Shown piece by piece: positions 38,995 to 51,825 of a DNA stretch of 64,000 nucleotides. Source of the DNA: Octopus sinensis (Eukaryota). A program made the translations under genes and the position numbers. Position 1 is the stretch's first letter, and the number at the start of each line of letters is the position of its first letter. Below the pieces are notes generated by a model that did not search any database, was not told the DNA's origin, and was given only the letters and a program-made list of their open reading frames with translations. The stretch is taken from assembly GCF_006345805.1 (NCBI RefSeq), contig NC_043002.1, forward strand, positions 33,418,001 to 33,482,000, written 5' to 3'.

Positions 38995-39900
38995 AGCAAA
39001 ATAATTGAGATTCAAATGAATTAGGTACTTAAGTCGAGGCACCAAAATTTATTGCGGAATTATCGGTACAGTTTCAAAATAAGGTGAATAAAATCAAAAT
39101 AAGCAACAGAATATCCAGAGGTGATTCAGTACGATCGTTTCAAGCGGTTTTATGTAATTTCTTTTCTCTCCCTATTGTTGTAAATTTTGGTATATACTCA
39201 AAAGTATTCAAAAATTTATCCTTTTGGTTATAATATTCTTCTTAATATTTTTCTTGATAACCCTAAATTTTATCTTTATACAATATGATAATATTGTTTA
39301 AATCATTCAACTATAATACCCCATGATAAAATATCCCCTGTATTGTCGTCATTGGTTTTATTAGAGTATTGCCCCTTTAACTGGTAACTAACATCTTGAT
39401 TTAAGATCTTCTTTACCAAACCTTATTATAGACAATTACTGTATACGACTTCAAATTAATCTTGACAAATTGTATGACTATACCTACTATGATTCTGTCA
39501 ACTGTTCTCTGGCCCTTTCCTAACAGACAATGTTCTTTGGTCTTAGATTTTGGTATACAAAGATTTGATAAACAAAACTATAAATTAAAACCGACCCCAA
39601 AACCAGTGACAAGCTAGAACTCTAACAAGTTTTTCCTGATGTCTTAGTAGTTTCTAAGCAGAAGTGAATACGGCATGGACTTTGTCTGTTTTCTTACCCT
39701 CTTAGAGGATTTAGGTAAAATTATACAAATGTGTCCGACTGACTAAATTAATTTTATTCATTTATTTATTTATGCAGCTGAGGATAGCTCTATATTTAAA
39801 TTGATGTAATGATTGCATTGTTCAATTAAATGGAGTCGCTTGAAACGATTGTATTGTATCACCTCCGGATATCCTGTTGCTTATTTTGATTATATTTATA
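38995..39900. mobile_element. Penelope-like composite with inverted HHR-containing termini, embedded in (TA)n
   Basis: 39091-39146 and 39837-39893 are imperfect inverted repeats. There is a full HHR at 39772-39859, and related pieces at 25519-25680 and 27382-27545. Confidence 0.55.
39772..39859 (+). ncRNA. type I hammerhead ribozyme motif with extended stem II
   Basis: ATGCAG-CTGAGGA-[~57-nt hairpin]-GAAAC-GATT-GTA^-TTGTAT. The core CUGANGA/GAAA/GUA is canonical. Confidence 0.6.
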
Positions 39901-39968
39901 TAAGTATATATATATATATATAAGTATATATAAGTATAGATATTATGTGTATATACATACGTACATAC

Positions 39969-40020
<52 letters not shown>

Positions 40021-40127
40021 TATATATATATATATATCTTGGTAAGGTAAGAGTGACAGACAGACAAACGGAAAGAGGCAGACAGACACAGATAGACAAA
40101 TAGACAGATAGATAGATAGATAGATAG

Positions 40128-40174
<47 letters not shown>

Positions 40175-41087
40175 GAGAAGAGTAGGTAGGTAATTAGACA
40201 TGAAGAGAGAGTGAGTCCCCGAGTGAGTAACCGTTTTATTACTATATTTATCTCAACCTTCTTATCTCTTAATTTCTCGCTTTCTCTATCTCTCTCTTTT
40301 TTCTTTCTTTCCCTCAGTTACTCTTACAAGTATACACACATACACAACTATTTCTATTAATGCCTTTTCCACACATTTCATCCCTTCATTCACCGCCTGA
40401 AATTATAGACAAATCTGTTAAAAAATGTCTGCTTTCGCGCTCTGTTCGAAATAGTCGCCATTTTGATCCACTGATAAGAGTTGTCGATAATATAAGTTAT
40501 ACATTTAACTTCCAACTCGAAAAAATATAGTTGCCTGAGCGTATTTGTGAGTGTATGTGTGTGGGTGTGTGAGGTGTGTATTTCTATACGTGTCTTTTTT
40601 GGTATTCGTGTACTTGTTTTTGTATGTGTATTAATAAAACCTATGTGCGTAATGGTGTGTACATTTGTCTGTATGAACGATCATTTAGCATCATTGCTCA
40701 CATTTAGTACTGTTGCTCACGTCGTATTTAACTGAACGTGTTTGAGTTTAAGCAGCGTGTATCGGCGTATATGTAAACAAGGTATGCTTGATAACGTGCT
40801 TCTGGTTGTGTGCTTCTGTTTATGCATGCTTCGAGTATGTTTGTAAGCGTGTGTTTATGTATGTGTGTTCCCGCGCGTGTGTGTGTTTTTTCTTTAACTG
40901 ACATTGGTTTTCGGTGTGCTGGTAAAGTTGTGTGCAGTTTTATGTGATCGTAAGATTGGTTTGTAATATAGCTGACCATATAGGCTTTTTGTGCACGTGC
41001 GACGTACATGTATGTCTTTAAATAAACATGTATACACATACATAAAAACATGAGTAAATACATATAAACATCATGTAGAAGCATATA

Positions 41088-41134
<47 letters not shown>

Positions 41135-41195
41135 ATATATATGCATACGTATGTGTGTGTCTGTGTACACACACACACACTATACATACATATAT

Positions 41196-41278
<83 letters not shown>

Positions 41279-42268
41279 ATATATATACAGTTTTATATAT
41301 ATAGATATATATAAGCCTGTTTAGATTGCCAAGAAAGGTAACGCCATGTTTTTCGTATGTATTTGTGTGCATACGTTTCATAGTATGCCTATGTCTACTA
41401 TTGTTTTTTCTTACATATATATTTTTGTGAGTATATGTTCAATCATTTTATTGTATATTTGTTTTGAAGAGAATGTTTATGCATCCATTTGATAGTTTCC
41501 CAAAAAGTTCGCTTAGCTCCTCTTGATATTATTGATATATAATCAATACCGAAAGCTTATAAATTTAGAATTAATGTTATGCTCTCGGAATAGTTTTTTT
41601 TCTTTTTTAATGATTGGTGCACCTTTAATGAGGTGTTTCGCATTGCTTAAAACCAGATGGCGCTAGTATCTTCTTCAGATCAATAGAACGCCGAAGCAGA
41701 TTTCATGTGATTTGATCTTGCAAATGTAAGCGGTGTAACAGCCCGTTAATTTTCTAGCAAGCTCGACCGTCTCTTGAACATAGCTGAACACTATGAAAAT
41801 ATAAATGACTATCTTTTAAAAGATGCACAACATTCATATGTATTTTAATGTCTACATGCAAACACATATGGAAACATACATATATACACTTATATATATA
41901 TATCTATATGTACATACATATACATATGTATACATATATACATATATATATATATACATGTATATAAATACATATGTATACATAATATATATACAAATGC
42001 ATATATACACACACACATATATATATATATGTATGTATGTATGTATGTATTTTAATGTCTACATGCATACACATATGGAAACATACATACATACACTTAT
42101 ATATATCTATATGTACATACATATACATATGGTACATATATACATGTATATATATACCATTGTATACATAATATATATACAAATGCATATATACACACAT
42201 ATATTATATATATATATATATAGATGTATGTATGCATGTATGTATATATGTATGTATGTATATGTATG

Positions 42269-42331
<63 letters not shown>

Positions 42332-42375
42332 TTATATATATTATATAATGTATAATACGATGCATAACTAGGTAG

Positions 42376-42494
<119 letters not shown>

Positions 42495-42883
42495 CGTATG
42501 TACACATACCACATCTGTGGCCTAGTAGTTATATTAGTGGTCTCACGATCATTAGTTCGTGTGTTCGTTTTCTGAAGTAGACAGTATATTGCGTCCTTTA
42601 GTAGACAGTATATTCGTCATTTAACGTTTCGCCAATCTACTTACCTGAAATATGGAGTACCAGCCGAGTACTGGTGTGACTTTCCCTTCTATGGCAGTCA
42701 CATATTGGACGTTCCACTAAATTAAGGGAGTCAAGCAGACATAGACACTCTCTAACCTAGATAAAATCTGTGTCTGCTCTCAGGTATGCAGACACATGAA
42801 ATGATTAGCAAAAGCATAATAATAGCTACTAGTTCATGCATTACTGCAAATGGCAGCTAAGATTTTCCCATATATATATATAT

Positions 42884-42940
<57 letters not shown>

Positions 42941-43004
42941 TAAACATATGCATATATATAAACATATATATACGTACCTACCTCTACATGTACATATACA
43001 CGCA

Positions 43005-43185
43005 TATATGAATACAGGACACCAAAAGGACGTCGAACACAATGAGAAACGAAAACATAGACACAACCAAAGGAGCTGGACATTTTTTAAACAACAAAAA
43101 ATTAGAGCAGGACAATTAACACAAAGAAAAAAACCCGTCTTCAGTCGCTATGGTTTCATCTACTCTACGTTTCGAAGGTGAAAGC
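43005..43185 (-). mobile_element. probable PLE terminal fragment with only the 3' half of an HHR
   Basis: Minus strand CTTC-GAAA-CG-TA-GAG at ~43163-43177. Flanked by TA-rich SSRs. Confidence 0.4.
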
Positions 43186-43220
<35 letters not shown>

Positions 43221-43227
43221 TTATATA

Positions 43228-43267
<40 letters not shown>

Positions 43268-43329
43268 TATTCATATATAACCATTCGCTCCGAAAGCATA
43301 TATATATACACACATACTCATATATATAA

Positions 43330-44300
43330 AGATGACATCAATTAATAATCTTAGCAGTGACCAGCATGTAATAAAAACCATATAGGTAAAAATTAGTATA
43401 GATATATAATTAAATAGATATAATTATATAATTATATAATTAAGGGTACTGAGAAACAGCACCTGCATGCCAGAGATAGACGTCAAATGAGACCAAAAAC
43501 CAATTCAGATTACACTCCATTAGCACAAAGCCGAAAGCAAGGAAATGAATAAAAGAGATTTAATAAAAATATTTTTTGTTAGGTTAATTCTAGATCGTCC
43601 GATTTCTAGTTTAGTAATACTATTACTTTACCGCAATCAGTAGAATATACCAAAAGTAAATATATGTAAATATAGATACATACCCATACAAATACATGCA
43701 TATATATTAATATATACATATGTTCACACGTAAATTCGAGGCTCATCCGATTATTCATCTCAACCACGTGCGTATGTGATCAAGATAATACCGCATTAGA
43801 TATCAGGGTCGGAGTGAATAAATAAATATATATGCATACATGATTAAGGATAAAATCAATTAATAATCCTATCATTGGCCAGCATGTAATACAAACCATA
43901 TAGGTAAAAATTAATACAGATATATAATTATATAGATATAATTATGACTAAGGAACTGAAAAACACCACCTATATGCTTGAGATAGACGTCAAATGACCC
44001 TAAAAGCTACTTCAATTCAGATTACACTCCATTAGAACAAGGCTGAAAACAAGAAAATGATAAAAGAGATTTAGTAAAAATATGTTTTTTAGGTTAATCC
44101 TTGATCGTCTAATTTCTAGTTTAGTAACACTATTACTTTACCATAATCAGTAGAATATACCAAAAGTACATAAATGTAAATATATATATACATATCCATA
44201 CAAATTCATGCGTATATATTAATACATACGTATATTCACACGTAAATACGAGGCAAATCTGATTATTAATCTCAACCACGTGGTTGACAAGAATAATCGG
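43330..44300 (-). repeat. two diverged tandem ~510-520-bp units, each with a hammerhead-like motif
   Basis: Units at ~43335-43790 and ~43852-44297, with motifs at 43587-43646 and 44097-44156. Confidence 0.75.
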
Positions 44301-44381
44301 ATTTGCCGCGTAAATACGTGTGAAAATATGTATATATTATATCTAAATAATTATACATACATACATACATACATACATACA

Positions 44382-44448
<67 letters not shown>

Positions 44449-44865
44449 GCCAATATAATTGTTTATGTGGCTAAGTTTATAAACAAATGGGTTTTATACA
44501 TACATGTGCGCGTACTCTCAATTACAGCCACTCACATGAGTATTAAAAATCAGGCAATAAGAGAAAGTGTATAGAAAAAGGCAAAGAAGAGGTAGACAAA
44601 TAAAGAACAAATAATACGCAAAGACAAGCGAAGGCATGTGCCTGAAAAATTTAGAAATATAAAGCGAGAAAACAGCATTCAAAGAAGTGCACAATGAAGA
44701 TAGTCAGGGAGAGAAACAGAATCGAGAGGCAAAAGAAAATTAGATAATGTACGATATTGAATATGAAACTCTTGTTCACATGGTAGATATTCCTGAGCGT
44801 TATACTAATACATGTGTTTGTTTTGTACACCACCTGTCTTCGTCTATTGTTTTTTTCGTAAACTC

Positions 44866-45035
44866 TCCCTGTCTGTCTGTCTGTGTGTCTTCTAGGATCT
44901 CGGGCATTCTCCATCCGATTGCGCTCAAATTTGATATGTAGATACCGCCGGTATCAGGGCGTGTATAAGTCTTGAAAAAATTACAAAAATCCATTCCAGG
45001 TGAGAATGCGATCGATAAAGCCGTGGGAATGTCCA
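44866..45035 (+). mobile_element. Helentron-associated (HINE/DINE-1-like) fragment
   Basis: (GTCT)n followed by ATCTC...CCGATTGCGCTCAAATTTG, the typical HINE body pattern. Confidence 0.45.
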
Positions 45036-45117
45036 TTTGTGAAATAGTGTTTTTAGTGAACGTCTTGTCTGAGATAAAACAGAATGCTCATTGATTAGAT
45101 TAATTCTGATTATAAGC

Positions 45118-45440
45118 TGCTCGCTCGGGTGGCACTCCGTTTGTTACGATGACGAAGGTTCTAGCTGATCCTATCAACAGAACAGCATGCTCGTTAAATT
45201 TACGTGCAAGTGTGTGAGCACTCCAGAGACACGTGTACCATTTACGTAGTTCTCAGAGAGATTCAGTGTGACACAGATTGTGGCAAGGCTGGCCCTTTGA
45301 ATTATAAGTAGAACTCATTTTTGCCAGCTGGGTGGACTGGAGCAACGTGAAATAAAGTATCTTATTCAAGGATACAATACGCCGCCGGGAATCGAACTCC
45401 CTAGCTTACGATTGTGAGCCGATTACCCTAATCCCTAAGG
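45118..45440 (-). mobile_element. tRNA-derived SINE
   Basis: Minus-strand B box GAGTTCGATTCCC. The body is shared with 33920-34230. Confidence 0.7.
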
Positions 45441-46039
45441 TACTTACCATCCCTCACTGAGATGATTCATGGAACAAGAAAACAACTGCCTCAACATCTT
45501 CCTCTGTAAGGCAATGAAGAGACTTGTAAGAAGCCCCAAGCTCTACTGGAAATTACAACCGAATCGCTCTCAAATCACACTACGTCGTCTTAATGAAGAC
45601 GCACTGGATGATATGGTATTGATTCACTGTGAATAGCGTTTGAAAATAGACAGGATGGTCATGGTTGGAATGATTTAATTATGGCTCAGTTCAATGTTGA
45701 CTGACCCGGGCAACAACAGCAACATCTGTTTCATAACAAATATATTTTTAGCACGTCTTAAAACCCATATTTAGTGTATAAATATTACGATATAATTGGG
45801 TTGAAGAAGCCCACTACTGCGCATGTCTTGACTTATTGCTACATCATCTTCTATCAACATTAGCGGTTCCAAGTATTTGATCTCTTGTCTAGTTTCTTCT
45901 GCTGCATCTGCTTCAATGACAGCTCTTTTGTAAGACTTTGTAAACCGGTTTGCTAGTGGATCGAATTTCAATCAAACCTTTGTAGTTAGATAAAAACATT
46001 GTTTCTCAAACATACATATACAGTCTTTCTGTCTGTCTA

Positions 46040-46107
<68 letters not shown>

Positions 46108-46113
46108 CTCCTT

Positions 46114-46201
<88 letters not shown>

Positions 46202-47899
46202 GTCACTCACTCACACAGTCATTTACAAATCTTTTTATGTCTATCTCACTAACTTACTGTCTATTTCTCTCACTTCACCTATCCCTCTTTATCTATCTAT
46301 CTAGCTAGTTTTCCACCCATCAGCCTGTCTTTTTATTTATTTCTATATTTTCTCTTGTGATTTACAAGATCTAGAAGGCTGACATTTATCAGTGTTGCTG
46401 TTATTTTGCTATATTTTTGCTGTTGTTGCTTTTGTTGCTGCTGCTATTGTTGTTGTTGTTGCTGTTGTTGTTGTCACGTACTATAGTATGCAGGACGTTG
46501 TAAAATCCCCCCTGTTCTGTGCTCACCTTCCTTCATACAATGCCATTCAAGTTGTTATATAACAACTGTAGTGGCTGGCTTTTCATAAAATTTTATCTAA
46601 CAACCCAAAGTCAATGTTGGAGGACAACAATATCTAAGGACATCAAATATAAATACATATAGATAGATACGTATGCATAATCACACATTCGTACACACGT
46701 GCACATACCGACACACACGCGCGCGTGAATACACGTGTATGAAGGTGTTTGTGTGTACGTCTTAATAATATATAATAACAGGTAATTAGAATTCTAAATT
46801 TGCATAAAGACATTACATATTCATGTTCATGCGCTTTTGGGTGCCTGTTTCAGTGTATATGTGAGTGTACATGTATACCTGTTGTGTATGTATGTGAACG
46901 CATGTATATATGTATTTGTATATGTGTATGTAATATATATATAATATATTATATATATATACATATATATATATATATTATCTATATATATATACATATA
47001 TATATATATACACATATATATACATATATATAATCATATATTATTATATATATACATATACATATATATAGCAAAAGCCTATAATTTTCTACCCTTACTA
47101 CTATAAAGTCCTTTATAATATCTACTATTATTGGTACCATTGATTACATAACAAAAAAAGCTATTTATGTAGAAACCTGGAACTACTACAATTTTGAAGA
47201 AAGCAGTTTCCGTCAAATAAATTTTCCTGTTGGTACATTTGGCTGCGTAGGATGATATATATATATGTGTGTGTGTGCGTGTGTGTGTGTGAGTGTGTGT
47301 GTGTGTATGTGTGGTGTGTGATTGTGTGTGTGCGCGCGTGTGTGCCTGTGTTGTCTCTGTGAGTGTGCTGTGTGTTGTGCGTGTGTCTGTGTATATGTAT
47401 ATATATGATACCTATTAATATATATATTTCAAGGATTGTATAGACAGAACAGAACAAAAGGAACAAAAACATAACAATCGAAAAATTAGACAAAATCATA
47501 ACTCACGGAAAATTCGCAGCTGATTTTTCATCAGTCAATGTCCAAGACATCCTAGTGGTTTCGCGCTTTTAAAATTGATACTAAACTGTCCTGACAGCGC
47601 CAGAGCAGGAAGCTTTTGGGAATAGCTATTGTATGTATAGAAGGACAAAAACAAACAAGACAAGCTAAAATAATATAACAATAGTACCTATACAACAAAA
47701 AATAAAGTAATAATACAAATACAGCAGAAAAAGAATAATTATACATATACAACAGAACAAGGCCTTTCAGCCATCAAACGGACGTAGTGAGGTAACAGAA
47801 ATGAGAAATGGAAAAAGTCCTAAGGGATAGCGCGAGAAACCCATGTGGCCGGTCTGGTCAATGGCAGGGTTCAAAAGACTCCATGACTTATCTACTAAA

Positions 47900-48012
47900 G
47901 CCTGCTACTTATTCTTTCCGTCCCCACTAAGTTACGGGAAAAGAAACACGCCAAAACAGTTTGTCAAGTAATAGTAAGGGGATATTGACGCAAAGACTAC
48001 GCGCGCACACAT

Positions 48013-48075
<63 letters not shown>

Positions 48076-48200
48076 CATACAAGGCTTTTGTTGGCCCGGA
48101 CTGTAGTAGAAGACATTTGCCCAAGTTACATGCAGTGGGAGTGAACCCGGAATCGTGTGGTTAAGAAGCAAACGTCTAACCACACAGCCACGCCTGCACC
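47900..48200 (-). mobile_element. SINE family 1, diverged/partial
   Basis: Head GCAGGCGTGGCTGTGTGG, internal (CA)n and partial body. Confidence 0.75.
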
Positions 48201-48607
48201 TAAATCTATACAAATCATACACCATATTCATGGTATATCATGAACAAATATCTGGATATCTTATACCGTAAACATGGTATATCATCAGCAGTTATATGGA
48301 TACCTTACGCTCTGTACATGAAATATCAATAGATATATGGCTTTTTCAATATCTCAACAATCAGTAAGTGTACAAATGTTACAATAAGAATTTTATGAAT
48401 CAAACCAATCTAATGCATAAATACGCAGCTATCGAACACATAAACTTATAGATACACACACACAAGCACACACACGCAAACACACACACACACACACACA
48501 CACATAAACACACTCACCCAGAAACCTACATTCATACGTAAAACCATACAATGCAAACATGTATATGTGTATATATAATTATGCATAAATATATATAAAT
48601 CCTTAAA

Positions 48608-48947
48608 AATGTTCTAGCCCGAAGGCCGCGGCCATGCTGGGGCACCACCGCTGAATGAGCTACACTAGTTTGTGAATCCACCTCTGATACGTGGCACTTG
48701 ATCAACAAGGGAGTTCGATGCTGCTGCCCCATCCGTGTCTCCTGTCGTGAGGTAGGTTTCATTGGGACTCCCAACAAGAAGAGATCCAGTTTAGTTTTAA
48801 AGAAACCCACATCCACACCATGTAAGTCTCTCAGGCATTTAGGGAGGATGTTAAAGAGCTGTGGTCCTCTGAAACCCAAGCTGTTGCAGTATCTGGACCT
48901 GTATTTTGATGGTGATGTTGAATCCTTGGCACCACGCAGCGGCGCCA
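48608..48947 (-). mobile_element. CR1-like LINE 3'-terminal fragment
   Basis: ORF 48532-48948 reads NSLGFRGPQLFNILPKCLRDLHGVDVGFFKTKLDLFL..VP, a typical CR1-clade ORF2 C-terminus. It is followed by a 3' UTR with GGTGGTGCCCCAGCATGGCCGC. Confidence 0.75.
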
Positions 48948-49016
48948 ACGTTATATATATATATATGTGTGTGTTTGTGTATGTTTGTGTTTGTATGTAT
49001 ATTTATCTCTCTCCTC

Positions 49017-49103
<87 letters not shown>

Positions 49104-49930
49104 CACTGAGAGTGTACGTGTTTATGTAAATGATTATAAGCAACCTTGAGCTCAGTAACGTGTAAAACATTATACTCAAATACATGCACACACTCTCACC
49201 TTCATACATGCGTCCGTACACACACACACACACACACACAAATTTATCAATATTCAAATTCATCTCTTAGAGTATAAACATATATAAGTATATAATATAA
49301 GCACTCACACACACACACTTCCATACACACGCACACGCATACACGTATAATGCTATACAATAAAATTATGCTAGCCTATATATATATATTATATATATAT
49401 TGTATATATAATATATATATATATAATATTTATATATATATATATAATATAAATATATATATATGTGTATGTATGCATATATACATGTATATATGTATGT
49501 TTTTATATATAGTATTCATATACACACACCTACACTTAATGAGATCTAGTGCACTGTGTCTTTGTTAAACTTTGCTATGAAGATGCGGTATACTCAAATA
49601 TTTTAATATTCTTTATATCAATCGAAATCAATCAAATTATCGATATTTCCTTTTATGTGTTTCACGTTAGCTTTTTTTTTTTCATTAATTGTTACCGATG
49701 CTATTATTCTTATCATTTTTTTTATGCTTTTGCTGTTGTTATTATTTTTATTGTTGCATTTTATTTCATTATTACTATTCAAAAACTACCGTGGTTAATT
49801 TCTGCCTTCATCCTTTCGGAGTCGATGAAATAAAGTACCAGTTCAGTACTGTAGTAGATATAATTTACATGCCCCCACTGCCATCTCCAATCTAAAATTA
49901 CTGGCTTTGTGCCCAAGTTTGAAGCCAATA

Positions 49931-50130
49931 TTATTACATCCGCCTTAGCGAGGGCGGAGGTGTTGTTGTCAATCCTGTTTGTTTGTTTGTTTGTATGGCA
50001 GTGGACAAAATAGCTCAGAAACCGCTGGATGGTTTCGGATGAAACTTTTAGGGATAGTTGGTCTTGAGACTGCCACGATCTGATTAGGTTTTGGGATCGA
50101 TCCGTTACCGGACAAGGATTTTGGATTATT
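49931..50130 (+). mobile_element. Helentron-associated (HINE-like) non-autonomous element, 5' part
   Basis: TTATTACATCCGCC...GGCGGAGG subterminal hairpin, (TGTT)n, then AGAAACCGCTGGATGG...ATGAAACTT. Confidence 0.55.
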
Positions 50131-50543
50131 TGTTATATTTACTTTGCTTTACATGATTACGATCTTACGTTGACTTTCAAGTCTTTCTCAATTATCTCCC
50201 TTTAGACTGTTTCCAAAGTTTATTTTCTGTTCTCTATTATTAATTTTACTCTCGTCTCTATATTAATAGAAACTGATGGACAAAGAAATCAAACTACATA
50301 AACAAACGGCAGCAAACCTGTTCAGAAATTGAATACCACTAACATATTTTTATAATATATGTTATATATTATACATACATATTAACACTTTACAGTATAC
50401 TTACATATATACATACATCTATGCATCGATCTAAAACAACAGGAATACTAAAGGAAGGCCACAATTCACAAGAAGAGGAAACCAAAAGGTCTTAGGCTAT
50501 TCCCGAGTAGAACTTATTATAACCTCTGTGTGTGAGTGTATGA

Positions 50544-50575
<32 letters not shown>

Positions 50576-50629
50576 ATGTATATATGTATGAATGTATGTA
50601 TTTATAAATCTATGTGTATGTGTGTCTTC

Positions 50630-50840
50630 ACCTCTGTGTTTGTCCCACCACCCCCGCTTGACAACCAGTGTTGGTGTGTTTGCATCTCCGTAACTGAGTG
50701 GTATGGTAAAAGATACCAAAAGAATAAGTATCACTCTTAAAACAAAGAAATACTGGGGCCGATTCACTCGACTAAAATTTCAAGGCGGTGCCCTCGCAAG
50801 GTCGTGGTCTAATAACTGAAACAAGTAAACGATAAAAGAT
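50630..50840 (+). mobile_element. SINE family 1, 3' half, diverged
   Basis: CGCTTGACAACC.GTGTTGGTGTGTTT...AAGGCGGTGC...CTGAAACAAGTAAA. Confidence 0.75.
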
Positions 50841-51511
50841 TGTATGTGCTATTATTGCTACTTTTGCTATTTTCCTTGTTGCTTATCAGCTTATGTGCCT
50901 CAACTGGTACCACTGTTGCACTAGACTACTAACACTCCACCAAATCGTGTTTGTAACGTTTTGCTTCAGGCCGCACAATTTCATTTACCATGTAACCCAA
51001 CATACTAGCGAGACTGACTGATCTTGATGTTGCGGTAGTTATTGCAGCTATTGTAGCTATTACTGGTTATATCAATGTCATTTCTAACATTCATTTGAAT
51101 TATCATCGTCGACAGTCGACTGATGTTCCTGCAGGTTGTCCATCCAGAATGTTACAGCTCATGTGAACCTGAAATTCGTTTTGGATTTCCGACCGGAATG
51201 GCTTTTATCAATTCCTCCTCATAAGAAAGTTATGATATTCAAAATGTTCTGTTTATCTTTTCTTTATAGTTTATATCACACTCTGATGAAAGAAATTATT
51301 GCATGTTACAATACTAACTCAATCACTAGAAGACTCTTGCATCTCTTTAATCAAAAATTAGTTTAAGCTTCGAATTTCCCATACAAGGAACATATCCGAA
51401 ATTAAGCTGATAGATGCTTTGATTATAGCCTTTCTACTAGTGGTTATTAAAACTGTAGGCTTCCCGTCTGTATGCGACGGCACTATTGCAATATCTTTGT
51501 AGATTGACAGA

Positions 51512-51549
<38 letters not shown>

Positions 51550-51550
<1 letters not shown>

Positions 51551-51770
51551 TTCACTTGTTTCAGTCATTAGACCGCAGCAATACAGAGGCATTGCCTGGA
51601 AGAATTTTTAGTAGAATGAATCGATTAGCTCCAGTACTTATCTTCCTTTTTTTAAGCCTCGTACTCATTATATTGTTCTCTTTTGCTGAGCTGCTAAGTT
51701 ACGGTGACGTAAACACACGAACACCAGTTGTCAAGCGGTTGTAGGGGACAAACAAAGATACAAAGGTATA
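51550..51770 (-). mobile_element. SINE family 1, 3' half, diverged
   Basis: ACTTGTTTCAGTCATT...GCTAAGTTACGG.GACGTAAACAC...GTTGTCAAGCG. Confidence 0.75.
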
Positions 51771-51781
51771 CACACACACGC

Positions 51782-51825
<44 letters not shown>

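Noticed and set aside
41652-41665. CTCF-like motif ACCAGATGGCGCTA
   Set aside because: This is a single partial motif match, which is expected by chance in 64 kb.
45771-45971. 66-aa protein-like minus-strand ORF (KFDPLANRFTKSYKRAV...)
   Set aside because: It has a TTG start preceded by an in-frame stop, the nearby acceptor-like site does not give an open frame, and no domain is recognisable. It cannot be supported without homology or RNA data.
47481-47565. Minus-strand CTGATGA with nearby GAAAC
   Set aside because: The order and pairing do not give a closed hammerhead three-way junction.
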